Source of the DNA: the human T2T-CHM13v2.0 reference genome, Homo sapiens
Assembly: GCF_009914755.1 (NCBI RefSeq)
Contig: NC_060945.1
DNA: 64,000 nt
Strand: one strand, 5' to 3'
The position numbers and the translations under genes were made by a program. Positions 59,951 through 64,000 of this stretch are shown piece after piece; the stretch's first letter is position 1, and the number at the start of each line of letters is the position of its first letter. The notes under the pieces are model-generated. The model made no database searches. It saw only the letters and a program-made list of their open reading frames with translations, and had not been told where the DNA came from.

Positions 59951-60242
59951 TTGGTTTATAAATCACAAGTATCTTATTGATGTAATAAGTTTTTATATAT
60001 ACTAGATCAAGTTAGGTCAAGTTTTCCCATCTTGTTTTGCTTTATAATGTATTTAGCTATTTTTTGCCTTTTAGTCTATGTACGAATCTGAGGTTCAGTT
60101 GTCAAGTTCATTTCCAAAATTTGTAGGTTTATTTTTGAGATCTCTGTTCTGTTTTGTCATGATGTATTTTGTTTGTTTCTGCCCAAACACCACAAGTTTT
60201 AATTGCTGTGACTTTATAATATGTCTTGGTCTGGGAAGGTAA

Positions 60243-60785
<543 letters not shown>

Positions 60786-60959
60786 TAGTTATTTGTAGAG
60801 TATTCCTCAATTTGGAGTTGCCTGATATTTTCTTATATGCAGACTGAAGTTATGCATTTTTGGTAATAATACCACGGAAATTTGATAAATGTGATGCATT
60901 TTCTATTGGTTCTGATAGTTTACATGTAGAGTCTCTTGGATGTTTTATGTAGATAATTG

Positions 60960-61335
60960 TATTAGATATTTTGGTTATTTGTGTCTTTCTAGCACATGGG
61001 AGGATTTTGCTTCTCCCACCTCTTGAAGTTACGCAAAGCATGTGGCTTTTCCTGGCCAATGAAAAGGGAGCTAAAGGGATGTGTGCTGAGACATTGAATT
61101 GCAGGTGCATGATTTCCCAGCTGTCTTTGCTCTGCTTGTTTAAAGCAAATGTTGATATGAGCATACCATTAGATCAAAATAGCATATGATAATAAACCGA
61201 CCTTTGTATGCTTGCCTTCAAGAGTAGCCTGAATTAGCAATTGATTTTGCTTATGAGAAGATAAACTTGCAGTGTTAAGACCCCGAGATTTTGGGGTTGT
61301 TTGTGGCATAACCTAGCCTATGTGGTCTGACATAA
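60960..61335 (+). mobile_element. Old MLT1 (I/J-type) LTR
   Basis: TTGAAGTTA...CATGTGGCTTTTCCTGGCCAATGAAA...GAGATTTTGGGGTTGTTTG. Confidence 0.65.
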
Positions 61336-61457
61336 TAATCATATTGTCTATAAACAAGAATAGCTTAGTTTCTTCTCTTTTATTTCTTATATACATCTTT
61401 TCTGGTCTTATTCCATTGGCTGGGACCTCAAGGGCAATGTTTAATAAAAGCAGTGAC

Positions 61458-61586
61458 AGGTTAGGTACAATGGCTCATGCCTGTAGTCCCAACATTTTGG
61501 GAGACCAAAGCAGGAGGATTGCTTGAGGCCAGAAGTTCAAGACTAGCCTGGGCAACATAGTGAGACCCTTTCTCTGAGAAAAAAAA
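61458..61586 (+). mobile_element. FLAM (Alu monomer)
   Basis: Single left arm with A tail. Confidence 0.85.
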
Positions 61587-63522
61587 GTGATAATGGACAT
61601 CCTTGTCTTCACCTTCACCTTAATGGGAATGCTTTTAAGTTTCACTATCAAATATGTCTATTTTAGATATTTGATGGACACCCTTTGTCAAATTAAGAAA
61701 GATCTCTTTTTTATTATGAATTGGTGCTGAATTTTATTGATTCTTTTTTGATGTAGCTTTTGAAATAATCATAGACTTTTTCTTCCTTTAATTTACTGGT
61801 ATAATTTATTAGTGCATTTCTTGTGTTTTATTTAGGACCTTTCCATTTGTATTCAAAAGAGATATTGTTCATAATTTTCTTTTCTTTTACTATCCTTGTC
61901 TGAAGTTGTGTATTTTTTCTCTGTCTCTTGGAAATGGCTTGCACAAAAAGGTTTTTTTTTTTTGTTGTTCCTTTAAAATTTGGTAAAGCTCACCTCTAAA
62001 TCTTTCTGGGTTGTTGCATCGTAGAGTGGAGGCAGTGGACTTCTGATGACAGATTCATTGTTTATTTAGGTTCTATTTCCTTTTGTTTATTCAGGTTCTA
62101 TTCCTTTTCAATGAACTACATTAATTCATGATTTGCTGGAAAATTATTTCAAAGTTTTGAAATTTATTGGCATAAAATTGTTCATAGTATTTTCTTATGA
62201 TTTAACATTTTAAAAATTTCTCTGTTGCAGACCTTTTTGACTTTAAATATGATTTATTTCTGTCTCTTTTTTTCTTGTTAAATCTTGGTAAAGTTTTATT
62301 TGCTTTATTAGTTTTTCTGAAAGAAACAGTTTTTGAGTATGTAGATAATTTCTTTGGTTGTTTTATTCTGTGTATCAATGACTTGATAGTTATATCCTCG
62401 TCTTTTTCTTTTTCTCACCTTTCAAATGTTTATTGCTCTTTTTTCGTAGCTTCTTGAAGTATATGCTTAATGTATTCTACATATTTATTCTTTTGACCTA
62501 TAACTTTATTTCTAAATAATTTTTAATTGCTGTCCACAGGTTTTGATATGTTGGTCTTTCATTTTTATTTGGTTTAAAATATCTATTATGATTTCCTCTT
62601 TAAGCCATAAGTTTTTTTGAGGCCTACTTTTGAAAGTTTCAAAACACACATTTTTCTCCAGTATGTTTTTATTGTTGATTTTTAATCCCCATAAGTGGTA
62701 TGTGTGCAATTGAAAAGAATGTTTACTTTCTGTTTCTGTATGGTTTAATAAATGAAGTTTATTAATTTTCATTGTCAAATCATTATTACTAATTTTTGTT
62801 CTATTTGGTTACACGTTTCTAAAAGAAATGTGTAAAAATAAAATTTATTCTTAGAATGCTATCAATTTTTTGTTATATGTTTTGATGCTGTGTTGTTGAA
62901 GCTTACAAGTTCTAAAGATCTATATTATACTATCTATATTATAATAATTTATGGTGAATTGCTATGTAGTGTTGATACTTTTGGCTTGAATTCTTTTTGC
63001 CTTACATAGCTGCATTAGGGGTTGGTTTCTTTTTCTTTTCTCCCCCTAACTAATAGCAAGTATCTTTCCTGCCTATCGTTGTAGCTTTACTTTGGGTGTG
63101 TCATTTGAACTCGCATATAGGTAGATTTTTTCCAACCTGCTTATTGTGTTTCTAAGCAAGTGAACTTAATCCATTTATAATATACATAATTTCTGAGGCC
63201 TTTGGATTTAATTCTTTTATCTCATTATGTGTTTTCTTTTTCATACCTTTTTTCTTTAGTTCTCTTTTCTTCATTTTTTCGTCTCCTGTTGGATTGATAC
63301 AGTTTTCTACATTCCCATTTTACTTCTTTTGCTGGTTTTCAGACTGTAGACTGTATATATATTTTTAATGATTATATTTAATCTTGAATCATGTATTTTA
63401 ATGATATATAAACATTTTTGGTATTCCTGGTATTTTCTCTATCATGACAAGGACCTCAGCACAATTTAACTAACAACCTTGTTCCCTTATTTTGTAACTA
63501 TTCCTTAGTTTGAACTTGTAAA

Positions 63523-63773
63523 TTTTCTTTTCTTTTCTTTTCTTTTCCTCCCTCCCTCCCTCCATCCTTCCTTCCCTCCCTCCCTCCTTCCTTCGTTCCT
63601 TCTTTCCTTCCTTCCTCCCTCCCTTCCTCCCTTTCTCTTTCTTTCTCTCTCTCTCTCTTTTCCATCCATCCCTCCCTCCTTCCTCCCTCCCTCCCTCCCT
63701 TCCTTCCTTCCTTCCTTCCTTCCTTCCTTCCTTCCTTCCTTCCTTCCTTCCTTCCTCTGTTTCTCTTTTCTTG
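63523..63773. repeat. CT-rich tract with (CCTT)n/(CCCT)n/(TTTTC)n
   Basis: Direct reading. Confidence 0.95.
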
Positions 63774-64000
63774 GGTAATTTCCTATATTTTTGGATGTTT
63801 TAAACATGAAAATGTAGTTATTTTTATGGGCATAAATTAGTTAAATTTAATGATATATTTGATCAATTTCTGTGCTCATTTTTGTGTCCTGTATCCCTTG
63901 ACATACACATGAGTTTATGCAACTTCTTGCTGAACTACATTCATTAATAATTAATATTATTGAGGCTACATGGGTGATAAGCTTTCTTACTATTTCTGTG

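Overview
Primate (human or great-ape-like) genomic DNA with no recognisable host protein-coding exon. The first ~53 kb is a repeat-dense upstream/intergenic region containing Alus, L1 and L2 fragments, MIRs, MaLR/ERVL/ERV1 LTRs, an ERVL internal remnant and hAT/Tigger DNA transposons. A CpG island at ~53.15-53.7 kb contains a probable + strand first exon ending at a strong donor (ACG|GTAAGG, 53537/53538). The rest of the window is probably intron 1 of that gene, which I cannot name. The ORF-track entries are mostly repeat-derived, low-complexity or chance. I see no evidence for a new multi-gene system. The most unusual structures are: (1) an old template-switch rearrangement at 10.1-11.4 kb, a 400-bp inverted copy of nearby Alu-plus-flank sequence inserted between 79-bp direct duplications with junction microhomology; (2) 50 perfect AAAGG units grown inside an Alu poly(A) tail, an RFC1-like architecture; (3) a branch point/polypyrimidine/CAG|GTAAGT juxtaposition in the putative intron 1, which is either a recursive splice site or an alternative first-exon donor. 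Repeat subfamily names come from recognising consensus sequence by eye, and boundaries without TSD support are approximate.
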